Shown piece by piece: positions 16,534 through 26,540 of a stretch of 39,893 bases of DNA. The notes under the pieces were generated by a model. It worked only from the letters and a program-made list of their open reading frames with translations, was not told the DNA's origin and ran no database searches. The translations under genes and the position numbers were made by a program. Position 1 is the first letter of the stretch. Every line of letters starts with the position of its first letter. Source of the DNA: a virus. Where the stretch lies: UHGV virus genome UHGV-0204626; one strand, written 5' to 3'.

Positions 16534-17048
16534 GCATAAGAGAACTAAACCTCACCAAAGAACAGCACGATTGGCTGAATGGCTGGCTTGAACTGTGGGG
16601 CGCATGGGTTTATTCAGGCCGCCTGGAAAAGCGCATGAGCAGCGTAATAGCGAAATTCATGGAGAGCGTAGAGCCGGGAAGAGTTATGACAAGGCCAATG
16701 TGTAATGATGATGATGGAATGTTGATTTCTCAGGTCGTCGATTCCGTCATGTGCATTGACAAGAAAGCCTTTGGCATCCTCCTCAGCTACTACGCTCATG
16801 GTTCATCTAAGCGAGCAATTGCATCCTACTATCACGCGACTGCAAAGCCACGCAAGATGTGTGGACGTGGTGGCGAGGGATGGAGAAAACCTTCACTGGC
16901 AACCTGTAGAAACGAAATTGACGACATCCTGAAAGCGTCATTATTTGTTTTATACCAGCCGATGCAAAATGCTTTCAAAATGCGTAAACGTGTTGAGAAA
17001 GTTAAGCATGTTGCTGTTAAAAGCCTTGACATGCAATTAGCCATTTAG
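16530..17048 (+). CDS. Q: Late-gene antiterminator Q
   Basis: 172-aa ORF, last gene of the nin/early-right operon, immediately upstream of a promoter-terminator pair and the lysis cassette; Cys-containing; called by position and general resemblance to Q proteins. Confidence 0.7.
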   Translation: MSIRELNLTKEQHDWLNGWLELWGAWVYSGRLEKRMSSVIAKFMESVEPGRVMTRPMCNDDDGMLISQVVDSVMCIDKKAFGILLSYYAHGSSKRAIASYYHATAKPRKMCGRGGEGWRKPSLATCRNEIDDILKASLFVLYQPMQNAFKMRKRVEKVKHVAVKSLDMQLAI

Positions 17049-17056
17049 CCATAATT
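17026..17056 (+). promoter_or_regulatory. Candidate late promoter pR'
   Basis: -35 TTGACA (17026-17031) and a -10-like CATAAT/ATAATT (about 17050-17056) overlapping the end of Q. Confidence 0.45.
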
Positions 17057-17067
17057 AGAAGGTAAGC

Positions 17068-17107
17068 TGCCGTTAGTGACTCTTAAGTTGCAACGGTGGC
17101 TTTTTTA
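17068..17107 (+). terminator. Candidate tR' terminator (target of Q antitermination)
   Basis: Imperfect hairpin (GCTGCCGTT ... AACGGTGGC) followed by TTTTTTATTT just downstream of the candidate pR'. Confidence 0.45.
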
Positions 17108-17194
17108 TTTGCACAACAGGTAAGAGCATTGAACCCGCAGACCTCGCGGAATTGGCGGAAGGTGCCGCGCAGTGCTCTTATCGTTGTGGTGAAG

Positions 17195-17313
17195 CTCAAT
17201 GGCGAGCTAGCAGATAGGCGATAGTGAAAATACTAGTCATGTAGCTGACCGCCGCGCGTACTGCAATCGGCAGCGCACCGATGGAAGCCGGTTCGATTCC
17301 GGCCGCCACAACC
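17195..17313 (+). other. tRNA-like element (acceptor stem, D-arm and T-arm present; anticodon region aberrant)
   Basis: 5' strand TGTGGTG pairs with 3' strand CGCCACA; D-arm GCTC-aatggc-GAGC; canonical T-arm GCCGG-TTCGATT-CCGGC; but about 69 nt lie between the D-arm and T-arm instead of an anticodon/variable arm. Confidence 0.3.
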
Positions 17314-17556
17314 CAAACTGAGCCGTAGCCACTGGCTATCCTAGATTCATCAGTGATAGTTATGCTGCGGCCTTCTAAACATGACCTTCGTGAAAGCGGG
17401 TGGCAAGAGGCTGCGCTAACAACCTCATGCCGTTTTGCTCGTGCATATCGGTCACGAACAAATCTGATTACTAAACACAGTAGCCTGGATTTGTTCTATC
17501 AGTAATCGACCTTATTCCTAATTAAATAGAGCAAATCCCCTTATTGGGGGTAAGAC

Positions 17557-17880
17557 ATGAAGATGCCAGAAAAACATGACCTGTTAGCCGCCATTCTCGC
17601 GGCAAAGGAACAAGGCATCGGGGCAATCCTTGCGTTTGCAATGGCGTACCTTCGCGGCAGATATAATGGCGGTGCGTTTACAAAAACAGTAATCGACGCA
17701 ACGATGTGCGCCATTATCGCCTGGTTCATTCGTGACCTTCTCGACTTCGCCGGACTAAGTAGCAATCTCGCTTATATAACGAGCGTGTTCATCGGCTACA
17801 TCGGTACTGACTCGATTGGTTCGCTTATCAAACGCTTCGCTGCTAAAAAAGCCGGAGTAGAAGATGGTGGAAATCAATAA
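17557..17880 (+). CDS. S: Holin (lambda S type, class I, with dual-start MKM motif)
   Basis: 107-aa ORF essentially identical to my memory of lambda S ([39 protein letters not shown]...). Confidence 0.95.
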   Translation: MKMPEKHDLLAAILAAKEQGIGAILAFAMAYLRGRYNGGAFTKTVIDATMCAIIAWFIRDLLDFAGLSSNLAYITSVFIGYIGTDSIGSLIKRFAAKKAGVEDGGNQ

Positions 17881-18340
17881 TCAACGTAAGGCGTTCCTCG
17901 ATATGCTGGCGTGGTCAGAGGGAACAGATAACGGACGTCAGAAAACCAGAAATCATGGTTATGACGTCATTGTAGGAGGAGAGCTATTCACTGATTACTC
18001 CGATCACCCTCGCAAACTTGTCACGCTAAACCCAAAGCTCAAATCAACAGCAGCCGGACGTTACCAGCTTCTTTCCCGTTGGTGGGATTCCTATCGTAAG
18101 CAGCTTGGCCTGAAAGACTTCTCTCCGAAAAGCCAAGACGCTGTGGCATTGCAGCAGATTAAAGAGCGTGGCGCTTTGCCGATGATTGATCGCGGTGATA
18201 TCCGTCAGGCAATCGACCGTTGCAGCAATATCTGGGCTTCACTGCCGGGCGCTGGTTTTGGTCAGTTCGAGCATAAGGCTGACAACCTGATTGCAAAATT
18301 CAAAGAAGCTGGCGGAACGGTCAGAGAGATTGAGGTATGA
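17864..18340 (+). CDS. R: Endolysin (lambda R-type lytic transglycosylase)
   Basis: 158-aa ORF essentially identical to my memory of lambda R ([53 protein letters not shown]...). Confidence 0.95.
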   Translation: MVEINNQRKAFLDMLAWSEGTDNGRQKTRNHGYDVIVGGELFTDYSDHPRKLVTLNPKLKSTAAGRYQLLSRWWDSYRKQLGLKDFSPKSQDAVALQQIKERGALPMIDRGDIRQAIDRCSNIWASLPGAGFGQFEHKADNLIAKFKEAGGTVREIEV

Positions 18341-18774
18341 GCAAAGTAACCGCGATTATCTCCGCTCTGGTTATCTGCATCATCGTTTGCCTGTTATGGT
18401 CTGTTAATCATTACCGTGATAACGCCATCGCCTACAAAGAGCAGCGAGATAAAGCCACATCCACAATCGCTGACATGCAGGAGCGTCAACGTGATGTAGC
18501 AGAACTTGACGCCAGATACACAAAGGAGCTTGCTGATGCTAACGCGACTATCGAAAGTCTCCGTGCTGATGTTTCTGCTGGGAGTAAGCGCCTGCAAGTC
18601 GCCGCCACCTGTGCAAAGTCAACGACCGGAGCCAGCAGCATGGGCGATGGAGAAAGCCCAAGACTTACAGCAGATGCTGAACTCAATTATTACCGTCTCA
18701 GAAGTGGAATCGACAGGATAACCGCGCAGGTTAACTACCTGCAGGAGTACATCAGGACTCAGTGCCTGAAATAA
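18337..18774 (+). CDS. Rz: Rz i-spanin
   Basis: 145-aa ORF with an N-terminal transmembrane segment ([31 protein letters not shown]) and periplasmic coiled coil; homologous to lambda Rz. Confidence 0.9.
   Translation: MSKVTAIISALVICIIVCLLWSVNHYRDNAIAYKEQRDKATSTIADMQERQRDVAELDARYTKELADANATIESLRADVSAGSKRLQVAATCAKSTTGASSMGDGESPRLTADAELNYYRLRSGIDRITAQVNYLQEYIRTQCLK
18536..18721 (+). CDS. Rz1: Rz1 o-spanin (lipoprotein embedded in the +1 frame of Rz)
   Basis: ORF nested within Rz; ribosome-binding site AGGAG 8 nt upstream; signal peptide with lipobox ([20 protein letters not shown]) followed by a proline-rich mature peptide. Confidence 0.8.
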   Translation: MLTRLSKVSVLMFLLGVSACKSPPPVQSQRPEPAAWAMEKAQDLQQMLNSIITVSEVESTG

Positions 18775-18805
18775 TTTTTTTGCAAATCACAAAGTCCATT
18801 TAATG

Positions 18806-18830
18806 AGCCTCGCGATGCGGGGCTTTTTTA
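18806..18830 (+). terminator. Rho-independent terminator after the lysis cassette
   Basis: AGCCTCGC-gat-GCGGGGCT hairpin followed by TTTTTT. Confidence 0.55.
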
Positions 18831-18976
18831 TGTCCGCAGTAAACGCGCTTCACACGCGCGACTTATGAACACAGAGCCTTTCAGGATGACCCTTGAGGAT
18901 GCCGGTTTGGTTATCGGTGCCTTTCTGTGGGCCGGAATCCTGTGTGACAAGGTTCATCACTAAAAGGTAATTACCG

Positions 18977-19519
18977 ATGAATTATCCAACTATCGTTGAC
19001 GGCATTGATTTCAAAGAACTGGTTTTTATTACCAACAATGACCCTGTCACCGATTCATTTATGGTGGCGAAAGCATTTCGTAAGCGACATGACAACGTTG
19101 TGCGTGATGTAGAAAGAACTATCGCTGCTTGTCCTGAAGAGTTTGATACAAAACTCAATTTTGAGGTTTGCTATAAAAACAATGAGTTACAGAATGGTAA
19201 GCCACAAAAATTCTATCGGCTACGTAAGGATGGGTTGATGCTTTTGGTTATGTCCTACACCAAAAAAGAAGCAATGCGTATCAAAATTGCTTACATCAAC
19301 GCATTCAACTGGATGTACGCCATGCTTCAGGTTGGTAATCGTCAATTTGAAGAAGAGCGAAATTCCGTAATGCTGGAGTACATGAAAGAGAAGGATGTTG
19401 CCAGCATGTCAGGTCGCCTGCTTAATCGCTGGGGAAAAATTAAGAAGCCTCAGCTACTGGCGAGAATTGAACGCCTTGAACAGCACGGGCAAACCGTAAT
19501 CCCCGGACTCACTAATTAA
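18977..19519 (+). CDS. Rha-family phage regulatory protein
   Basis: 180-aa ORF between the lysis cassette and terminase; the N-terminal region resembles the Rha family. Assignment is from memory, not a profile search. Confidence 0.65.
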   Translation: MNYPTIVDGIDFKELVFITNNDPVTDSFMVAKAFRKRHDNVVRDVERTIAACPEEFDTKLNFEVCYKNNELQNGKPQKFYRLRKDGLMLLVMSYTKKEAMRIKIAYINAFNWMYAMLQVGNRQFEEERNSVMLEYMKEKDVASMSGRLLNRWGKIKKPQLLARIERLEQHGQTVIPGLTN

Positions 19520-19746
19520 CGGCAGTACCACGAAGCAACCCAAGCCAGTAAGTGGGGAAATAACACTGGCAGCCACTGAAAGATGAACATCCTGCCTTAT
19601 GGCAAAAAAGATTCTTTGTGGTGGCGGACTGATGGAAAGACATCGGTTATTGCAGAGACCATTCAATGAGTGGTCTCGACAATGGCTTATACCCTACACG
19701 GGATAACTTAACTGATATCCCTTTTAACGGATAAACGGAGCCAACA

Positions 19747-19989
19747 ATGGCAGAGATTATTCCCATGACTGAAGAACAGAAATTCCAGTTAGAGATTTAC
19801 AAACTGGTCATGAACCAGAACGCAGCCGCAGAAGAAGCATTTCAATTCATTGGCACTGACGAACTGAAGCTTGAGCTATTCAAAATTCACTTCCAGTCAG
19901 GTGGCGCTAATTCAGATATCACGATCCGCACATTTGAAGCGGTGCGTAAATCGAAGGAAGCGTTAGACCTGTTCACCACCGGAGCATAA
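19747..19989 (+). CDS. Hypothetical protein upstream of terminase
   Basis: 80-aa ORF with ribosome-binding site (AACGGAGCCAACA-ATG), directly preceding the small terminase gene. Confidence 0.5.
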   Translation: MAEIIPMTEEQKFQLEIYKLVMNQNAAAEEAFQFIGTDELKLELFKIHFQSGGANSDITIRTFEAVRKSKEALDLFTTGA

Positions 19990-19991
19990 AC

Positions 19992-20432
19992 ATGGCGCGC
20001 CCAACAAAGTATCAAGAGGCGTATGCCGAACAGGCACGCAAACTGTGCTTGCTGGGCTACACCGATGCAGAGCTTGCTGATTTCTTCGAAGTCAGTGAGT
20101 CAACTATTAACAAGTGGAAGCTTGATTATCCTGAGTTTTCGGAGTCCATAAAAAAGGGTAAGGCCGTCGCTGATGCAGAAGTTAGTGATCGTCTTTATCA
20201 ACGCGCTATGGGCTTCGTGGCTCCAGACATCGATATTCGTGTTATTGAAAACAGAATTGTCGAAACTCCGCTTGAGAAGTATTACCCGCCTGATACAACC
20301 GCCGCCATCTTCTGGCTTAAGAACCGACAGAAGGATAAATGGCGCGATAAGGTTGATCACGAGCTAACAGGCAAAGACGGCGGCGCAATCCAGATTGAAA
20401 CATCACCGATGAGCACTCTATTCGGAAAATGA
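19992..20432 (+). CDS. Terminase small subunit
   Basis: 146-aa ORF; the C-terminal LTGKDGGAIQIETSPMSTLFGK matches my recollection of the Sf6-type small terminase tail; coupled to the large subunit gene. Confidence 0.8.
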   Translation: MARPTKYQEAYAEQARKLCLLGYTDAELADFFEVSESTINKWKLDYPEFSESIKKGKAVADAEVSDRLYQRAMGFVAPDIDIRVIENRIVETPLEKYYPPDTTAAIFWLKNRQKDKWRDKVDHELTGKDGGAIQIETSPMSTLFGK

Positions 20433-21844
20433 CCTCGATTAATCCTATCTTTGAACCGTTCATTGAGGCGCATCGCTATAAAGTCGCCAAAGGCGGTCGA
20501 GGTAGCGGTAAGTCATGGGCAATCGCGAGGCTGCTTGTTGAAGCGGCGCGTCGGCAGCCGGTGCGTATTCTCTGCGCTCGTGAACTGCAAAACAGTATCA
20601 GCGATTCGGTAATCCGGTTGCTTGAAGACACCATAGAGCGGGAAGGGTATTCGGCTGAGTTTGAAATTCAGCGTTCAATGATTCGTCATCTCGGAACGAA
20701 TGCTGAGTTCATGTTCTACGGCATCAAAAACAACCCGACGAAGATTAAATCGCTCGAAGGCATTGATATCTGCTGGGTGGAGGAAGCGGAAGCGGTAACG
20801 AAGGAATCATGGGATATCCTGATACCAACCATCCGCAAGCCATTTTCCGAAATATGGGTGAGCTTCAACCCGAAAAACATCCTCGACGATACCTATCAGC
20901 GATTCGTAGTAAACCCTCCCGATGATATTTGTCTGCTGACGGTGAACTACACCGACAACCCGCACTTTCCTGAAGTTCTCTGTCTGGAGATGGAAGAGTG
21001 CAAACGCAGAAATCCGACACTGTATCGTCACATCTGGCTTGGTGAGCCGGTAAGCGCAAGTGATATGGCAATCATCAAACGTGAATGGCTTGAAGCTGCT
21101 ACCGATGCGCACAAGAAACTCGGATGGAAAGCGAAAGGTGCGGTTGTCTCTGCGCACGACCCATCAGATACAGGGCCGGATGCCAAAGGTTATGCATCGC
21201 GCCACGGTTCGGTAGTTAAGCGCATTGCCGAAGGTCTGCTGATGGACATCAACGAGGGTGCTGACTGGGCTACTTCGCTGGCGATTGAAGACGGCGCTGA
21301 CCACTACCTGTGGGATGGTGATGGTGTTGGTGCCGGGCTACGCAGGCAGACAACGGAAGCGTTCTCCGGCAAGAAAATCACCGCCACGATGTTCAAGGGC
21401 AGCGAATCGCCATTCGATGAAGATGCGCCATATCAGGCCGGAGCATGGGCTGATGAAGTCGTACAGGGCGACAATGTTCGCACTATTGGCGATGTATTCC
21501 GCAATAAGCGAGCGCAATTCTATTACGCGCTGGCTGACAGGCTGTATCTGACATATCGGGCGGTTGTCTACGGTGAGTATGCAGACCCAGACGACATGCT
21601 GAGTTTCGACAAAGAAGCGATAGGCGAGAAGATGCTGGAGAAGCTGTTTGCAGAACTGACGCAGATTCAGCGCAAATTCAATAATAACGGGAAGCTGGAG
21701 CTAATGACTAAGGTCGAAATGAAGCAGAAGCTCGGTATTCCATCTCCTAACCTGGCTGATGCGTTGATGATGTGTATGCATTGCCCGGAGTCGGCTGCGC
21801 AACCCGACTATTCCAGTTACTCAATTCCTTGTGGTGTAGGTTGA
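20429..21844 (+). CDS. Terminase large subunit
   Basis: 471-aa ORF with N-terminal Walker A (KGGRGSGKS) and a C-terminal nuclease-like domain, followed by the portal gene. Confidence 0.9.
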   Translation: MTSINPIFEPFIEAHRYKVAKGGRGSGKSWAIARLLVEAARRQPVRILCARELQNSISDSVIRLLEDTIEREGYSAEFEIQRSMIRHLGTNAEFMFYGIKNNPTKIKSLEGIDICWVEEAEAVTKESWDILIPTIRKPFSEIWVSFNPKNILDDTYQRFVVNPPDDICLLTVNYTDNPHFPEVLCLEMEECKRRNPTLYRHIWLGEPVSASDMAIIKREWLEAATDAHKKLGWKAKGAVVSAHDPSDTGPDAKGYASRHGSVVKRIAEGLLMDINEGADWATSLAIEDGADHYLWDGDGVGAGLRRQTTEAFSGKKITATMFKGSESPFDEDAPYQAGAWADEVVQGDNVRTIGDVFRNKRAQFYYALADRLYLTYRAVVYGEYADPDDMLSFDKEAIGEKMLEKLFAELTQIQRKFNNNGKLELMTKVEMKQKLGIPSPNLADALMMCMHCPESAAQPDYSSYSIPCGVG

Positions 21845-21845
21845 T

Positions 21846-24044
21846 ATGGCAGAAAAAAAGATGACTGACTGGCATCGCAAGGTGCTGTGCAACTTTGATA
21901 ATGCCTGGTCAGCAACGCAGGATATGCGTGAGCAGATTATAGAAGCTCAACGTTTCGTCCGGGTGTCCGGCGCACAGTGGGAAGGCAGCACAAACGCTGG
22001 TTACTCATTTGATGAAGGCAGGTTTGAGCATTACCCGCGCTTTGAACTGAATAAGATTGCCCGTGAATGTGATCGCATCATTGGCGAGTATCGACAGAAT
22101 CGCATCAGCGTTAAATTCAGGCCGAAGGATGACAAGGCATCGGAAGCGTTAGCCGAAAAGATGAACGGCAAATTCCGCGCTGACTATCAGGAAACATCCG
22201 GTGGCGAAGCGTGTGATAACGCATTTGATGATGCTGTAACGGGCGGATTCGGTTGTTTCCGCATGTGTGCCGATTACGAAGATGAAATGGATCCGAGTAA
22301 CGAGCAGCGACGCATCAGCCTTCTTCCTGTTTACGACCCAGCGACATGCGTCTTCTTCGATCATGACAGCAAGCAATATGACCGTTCTGATGCTATGTGG
22401 GCTATGGAAATGTTCTCCATGACGCCTAAAGCGTTCGAGGCTGAATACCCTGATTCCATCGCGGCAAGCCTTTCTCGTTATGACACTGGCACTCAATATG
22501 ATTGGTCAACGCCTGATGCCATCTATGTTGGACGCTACTACGAAGTTCGCATAGAGAAGGTGAAGCTCACAGCATGGCGTAACCCTGTTAGCGGAGAAAC
22601 GGCAATCTATGATGAAGAGCAAATCAAAGATATTGTTGACGAGCTAACCGATGGTGCATTCGAGCTGATCGGTGAGAGGACAGTGAAGAAACGCAGAGTT
22701 TATTGCGGTCTTCTGTCTGGCGCTGAATGGCTGGAAGAACCGAAGCGTATTCCGGGTGAACATATTCCTCTCATCCCGGTATATGGGCGTCGCTCATTTG
22801 TTGATAATCAGGAGCGAATCGAAGGCCACGCAGCAAAAGCGATGGATGCACAGCGTCTTGAGAACCTGATGGTTTCCATGATTGCAGATAACGCTACTCA
22901 GGCTGGCGGTGATGGCATTCCTATCGTGGATGTTGATTTCATTCCCGGCCCATTAATGAATCACTGGGCAGAGAGGAATAAGAAAAGACCTGCAGTTCTT
23001 CCCATGACCAGCAAGAAGGACAAAAACGGAACGGTCATTTCAGAGGCTCAGGTTGCTGGCTGGACACCTCCGACACAAATGCCTCCTGCTCTTGCCGGGC
23101 TATTGCAGTACACCGGAACGGCTATTCAGCAAATTACAGGTGCGTCGCAGCTTGAGAACATGCCGAGCAACGTCGCTACCGATACCGTTGATAGCATCTT
23201 TAACCGGATGGACACGCAGTCCTATATCTACATGGACAACATGGCTAAATCCATGCGCCGTGCTGGCGTCGTGTGGCTTTCTATGGCTCGTGAAGTCTAT
23301 GGCAGTGATACGCCGATGCGTATCGTTAATGAGGACGGCAGCGATGACGTGGCGCTGATGACTGGTGAAGTGGTTGACCGTCAGACAGGGCAGGTTATCG
23401 CGCTTAATGACCTTTCGCAGGGTAACTATGAAGTGACTGTCGATGTTGGCCAGTCGTTCGCTACTCGCCGTGATGCAACGGTTAAGTCGTTACTTTCCAT
23501 GCTGGCACTTATCCCACCAGGAACTCCGAAGCACGACCTTGTATCGTCGATGATTCTCGACAATATGGACGGCGAAGGGATGGACGACCTGAAAGAATAC
23601 AACCGCAATCACTTGCTTCTGTCTGGCGTTATCAAGCCGAGAACGCCTGAAGAGCAGCAGATGGTTGAACAGGCGAAACAACAACAGGCCAGTCAGCCAG
23701 ATCCGGCTATGGTTGCAGCGCAAGGTCAGCTTCTTGCTGGTCAGGCTGAATTGCAGAAAGCGCAGAACGAACAGGCAGCCATTCAGGTTAAAGCATTCCA
23801 GGCACAGACTGATGCTCAGGTTGCAGCGGCAAATGTTGTGAAAATACTCGCATCTGCCGATAGCCAGCAGAAATCTGATATCCGCGAGGCTCTGAAACTG
23901 CTCGGACAGTTCCAGCAACAGCAAGGAGACAATGCCCGTGCTGATGCAGAGCTTGTCCTGAAAAGTCAGGCACAGGGCCATGCGCAGCGCATGGACATCA
24001 GCAGCATCCTGCAAAAATCAACCCGGCAACAACCACAGCAGTAA
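21846..24044 (+). CDS. Portal protein (P22 gp1-like)
   Basis: 732-aa ORF in the P22 size range, with a long Gln/Ala-rich helical C-terminal tail as in the P22 portal barrel; positioned after terminase. Confidence 0.9.
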   Translation: MAEKKMTDWHRKVLCNFDNAWSATQDMREQIIEAQRFVRVSGAQWEGSTNAGYSFDEGRFEHYPRFELNKIARECDRIIGEYRQNRISVKFRPKDDKASEALAEKMNGKFRADYQETSGGEACDNAFDDAVTGGFGCFRMCADYEDEMDPSNEQRRISLLPVYDPATCVFFDHDSKQYDRSDAMWAMEMFSMTPKAFEAEYPDSIAASLSRYDTGTQYDWSTPDAIYVGRYYEVRIEKVKLTAWRNPVSGETAIYDEEQIKDIVDELTDGAFELIGERTVKKRRVYCGLLSGAEWLEEPKRIPGEHIPLIPVYGRRSFVDNQERIEGHAAKAMDAQRLENLMVSMIADNATQAGGDGIPIVDVDFIPGPLMNHWAERNKKRPAVLPMTSKKDKNGTVISEAQVAGWTPPTQMPPALAGLLQYTGTAIQQITGASQLENMPSNVATDTVDSIFNRMDTQSYIYMDNMAKSMRRAGVVWLSMAREVYGSDTPMRIVNEDGSDDVALMTGEVVDRQTGQVIALNDLSQGNYEVTVDVGQSFATRRDATVKSLLSMLALIPPGTPKHDLVSSMILDNMDGEGMDDLKEYNRNHLLLSGVIKPRTPEEQQMVEQAKQQQASQPDPAMVAAQGQLLAGQAELQKAQNEQAAIQVKAFQAQTDAQVAAANVVKILASADSQQKSDIREALKLLGQFQQQQGDNARADAELVLKSQAQGHAQRMDISSILQKSTRQQPQQ

Positions 24045-24134
24045 TTAACCCATAACGTGCAATGGCTGTCTTTATGAGGCCTGGCACGCTATTGCCTTCC
24101 GATGGGCTGAACATCGAGTAAACAGGGGTAACAA

Positions 24135-25031
24135 ATGGACCAGATGGCAGAAAACACACCAGAAGTTGAAATCGAAACCGACGCGTCAGAGCAGATTCCT
24201 GATGATGTCGAACTGGCTGAAGAAGTCGAAACAGAAGATGGCAGTGAGTCCTCTGGCAATGATGCAGAGGAAGCTACTGAAACTGATGACGACGAATCAG
24301 AACAGGAATTCTACTTTGGTGACGAAAAGCTGGATTCGCCAACCAGCGAAGATAGCGCAGAGCATGGACTGGTAAAACACCTGCGCAAGACGATTAAAGA
24401 GAAAGATCGCGAGCTGAAAGAGCTGATGCGTCAGTCTCAGAAACCCGTCGAGCAGCAGCCGGTAATCACTCAACCACCGCGAATGCCAAAACTGGATGAT
24501 GAGGACATCGGTTTCGATGAAGAAATCTATCAGCAACGCATGGCTAAGTGGGCAGAGGATAACGGAAAGTACCAGCAACAGGAGATGGCTCGCAAGCAGA
24601 AGGAGCAGGAGCTTCAGGCTGCTTATCAAGAGCGATTATCCAAATATCAGCAACGTGTTAAGGCTCTCAAGGTTCCTGGCTATCAGGAAGCAGAACAGGC
24701 CGTACTCGAGGAAATCCCCATCGAGACACAAAACGCGATCCTGTTTGAGTCAGAGAAGCCGGAAATCGTTGTTCTGGCGCTTGGTCGCAACGCTGAACTG
24801 CGCAAGCAACTGGCAGAAGCTACCAACCCCGTAGCAATTGGTCGTCTGCTGGAACGTATCGAATCGAAGGCCAGAATCATGCCAAAAGCAAAAACCACGG
24901 CAGCCACAACCCCGACAGTTAAGGGGAGCAACGGCGCAGTAATCAATAACCTCGACAAACTTCTCGAAAAAGCACGCGACACCGGTGATTACACCGAATA
25001 CCGGGCGGCGAAGAACAAAGCTAAAAAATAA
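24135..25031 (+). CDS. Scaffolding protein (P22 gp8-like)
   Basis: 298-aa ORF, highly charged with an acidic N-terminus, between portal and coat. Confidence 0.85.
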   Translation: MDQMAENTPEVEIETDASEQIPDDVELAEEVETEDGSESSGNDAEEATETDDDESEQEFYFGDEKLDSPTSEDSAEHGLVKHLRKTIKEKDRELKELMRQSQKPVEQQPVITQPPRMPKLDDEDIGFDEEIYQQRMAKWAEDNGKYQQQEMARKQKEQELQAAYQERLSKYQQRVKALKVPGYQEAEQAVLEEIPIETQNAILFESEKPEIVVLALGRNAELRKQLAEATNPVAIGRLLERIESKARIMPKAKTTAATTPTVKGSNGAVINNLDKLLEKARDTGDYTEYRAAKNKAKK

Positions 25032-25051
25032 TCCATCGGAGCTAAATACCT

Positions 25052-26311
25052 ATGTCTAACCAGTTAACCAAAGACCTCGAAATCCTCTTTGAGAGCGTCA
25101 TTGATAGTTTTGAGGCGTCCAATGTCGTTTCCCGCGAGTGCAGCAAGTTCCGACCGGGCGACATTGAAATGCAGCGCGCTGGCGACGTTGTTTATCGCCC
25201 TCAGGGCTACCACCTGAAAACCGTGAGCGGACTTGATCTGACTTCGGCCACTGCAAACTCACTCGTTCAGCGTCAGGTGCCTGCTCGCTTCCGCGAGCCA
25301 GAGAACGTCATCTACGAACTGGACGCAAAAGAAATGCGCGATCCGTGGCACAAAGAGCAGGCTGGCAAGGCGGCGGGTCGCCAGTTGGCGGCGTGGGTTG
25401 ATAACATGATCGTCGATGAGGTGGTCGCTCGCTCCACCAACGTGGTCACCATTAAATCGGCGTCCACCGGTAGCACTCTCGGCGAAGAACTCTGGAACGC
25501 ATCGGCTGACGTTGATGCAATGATGCTGTCCATTGGTGTGCCTCAGGGTGGTCAGCGCAAGGCGTTCTACAACCCGTTCAACTACAAAGACCTGGCTAAG
25601 GAGCTTGGCTCTCGCGCATATGCGGTCGGTGCAACTCTGACAGCCTATGAGAAAGCTCAGATTCCACCTGTGGCATCCTTCGACAGTTTCCGCGTTGATT
25701 ATGCTGGCGCAATGAAGGCTGGTTCAGCTACCGCTGTAACTCTCGGCGGCGCAGTAAAACACAAAGTTACCGCGATGGATTCCAACGGCGCGCCTACCGA
25801 TAACCGCCAGGGTGACATCACCGTATCCACTGCTGGCGTACTGGCTGTCGGCGATGCATTCACTATCGCAGGCGTTAACAGTGTCCACATGATCAAGAAG
25901 GTGGATACAGGTAAGCCGCAGGTATTCCGCGTCCTGGCAGTAAATGGCACTACCGTTACCATCAGCCCGAAAATTCTGCCACCAGACAACGCGGATAAGG
26001 CGTCTATTCCTTACCAGAACGTTACCGCCAATCCGGTGGCAAACGCGGCGATCACCATCCTCAACAAGAAGGCTGCGGCTTCCAACATCTTCTTCGCTGA
26101 GGGTTCTGTTGAGCTGATGTATGGCAAGTTGGCATTCCCTACCGGCCAGGGTCCGCAGGTTATGACCGCAAGGACCGAGCAGGGTGCGACCATCATCATG
26201 GCTTACCAGTTCGACGCTAAATCTGGCAAAACGTGGACTCGCTTCACCACGCTGGCTGGCGCAAGCGTACTGGTCCCGGAATTCACCGGCCTGGTACTGG
26301 CTAACCAGTAA
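25052..26311 (+). CDS. Major capsid (coat) protein
   Basis: 419-aa ORF in the P22/Sf6 coat size range at the conserved position, followed by a strong terminator. Confidence 0.9.
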   Translation: MSNQLTKDLEILFESVIDSFEASNVVSRECSKFRPGDIEMQRAGDVVYRPQGYHLKTVSGLDLTSATANSLVQRQVPARFREPENVIYELDAKEMRDPWHKEQAGKAAGRQLAAWVDNMIVDEVVARSTNVVTIKSASTGSTLGEELWNASADVDAMMLSIGVPQGGQRKAFYNPFNYKDLAKELGSRAYAVGATLTAYEKAQIPPVASFDSFRVDYAGAMKAGSATAVTLGGAVKHKVTAMDSNGAPTDNRQGDITVSTAGVLAVGDAFTIAGVNSVHMIKKVDTGKPQVFRVLAVNGTTVTISPKILPPDNADKASIPYQNVTANPVANAAITILNKKAAASNIFFAEGSVELMYGKLAFPTGQGPQVMTARTEQGATIIMAYQFDAKSGKTWTRFTTLAGASVLVPEFTGLVLANQ

Positions 26312-26316
26312 TCCAA

Positions 26317-26341
26317 GGGGCTTCGGCCCCTCTTTTTTTTT
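26317..26341 (+). terminator. Rho-independent terminator after the coat gene
   Basis: GGGGC-ttcg-GCCCC hairpin followed by an 11-nt T-run. Confidence 0.75.
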
Positions 26342-26350
26342 GGAGATCGA

Positions 26351-26540
26351 AATGTCTCAAATCATGCTTTATAAGCCGGGAACGATGATCACCTGCGGCC
26401 CCCACTCGCTGGATTACATCATCGTTGATGACGAAGAAGTTAAATCTCACCTGAAAAAAGGCTGGGTAAAAACTCCTGAAGAAACCGCAACGAAGCAAAA
26501 AGTGGCTAAGGCGGAAGAAGATGGCGAAAACGAAGGGTGA
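26351..26540 (+). CDS. Hypothetical small protein
   Basis: 63-aa internal ORF with GGAG ribosome-binding site (MSQIMLYKPGTMITCGPHSLDYIIVDDEEV...), between coat and gp4. Confidence 0.45.

Noticed and set aside
17195-17313. Calling this a functional tRNA gene
   Set aside because: Acceptor, D-arm and T-arm can be drawn, but no canonical anticodon stem-loop fits (the best candidate loop lacks U33 and a purine at position 37) and the spacing is about 40 nt too long; I kept it only as a tRNA-like element or pseudogene candidate.
17361-17504. A 47-codon plus-strand ORF (MLRPSKHDLRESGW...) in the Q-to-holin interval
   Set aside because: No ribosome-binding site and an Arg/Ser-rich composition; the region is better explained as structured RNA or late-leader DNA (see the tRNA-like element finding).
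22149-24014. Minus-strand ORFs inside the portal gene (22149-22496, 115 aa; 23490-24014, 174 aa; 23788-23973)
   Set aside because: They are antisense to a long, well-supported structural gene, with no start signals and Leu/Cys/Arg-rich compositions typical of antisense frames.
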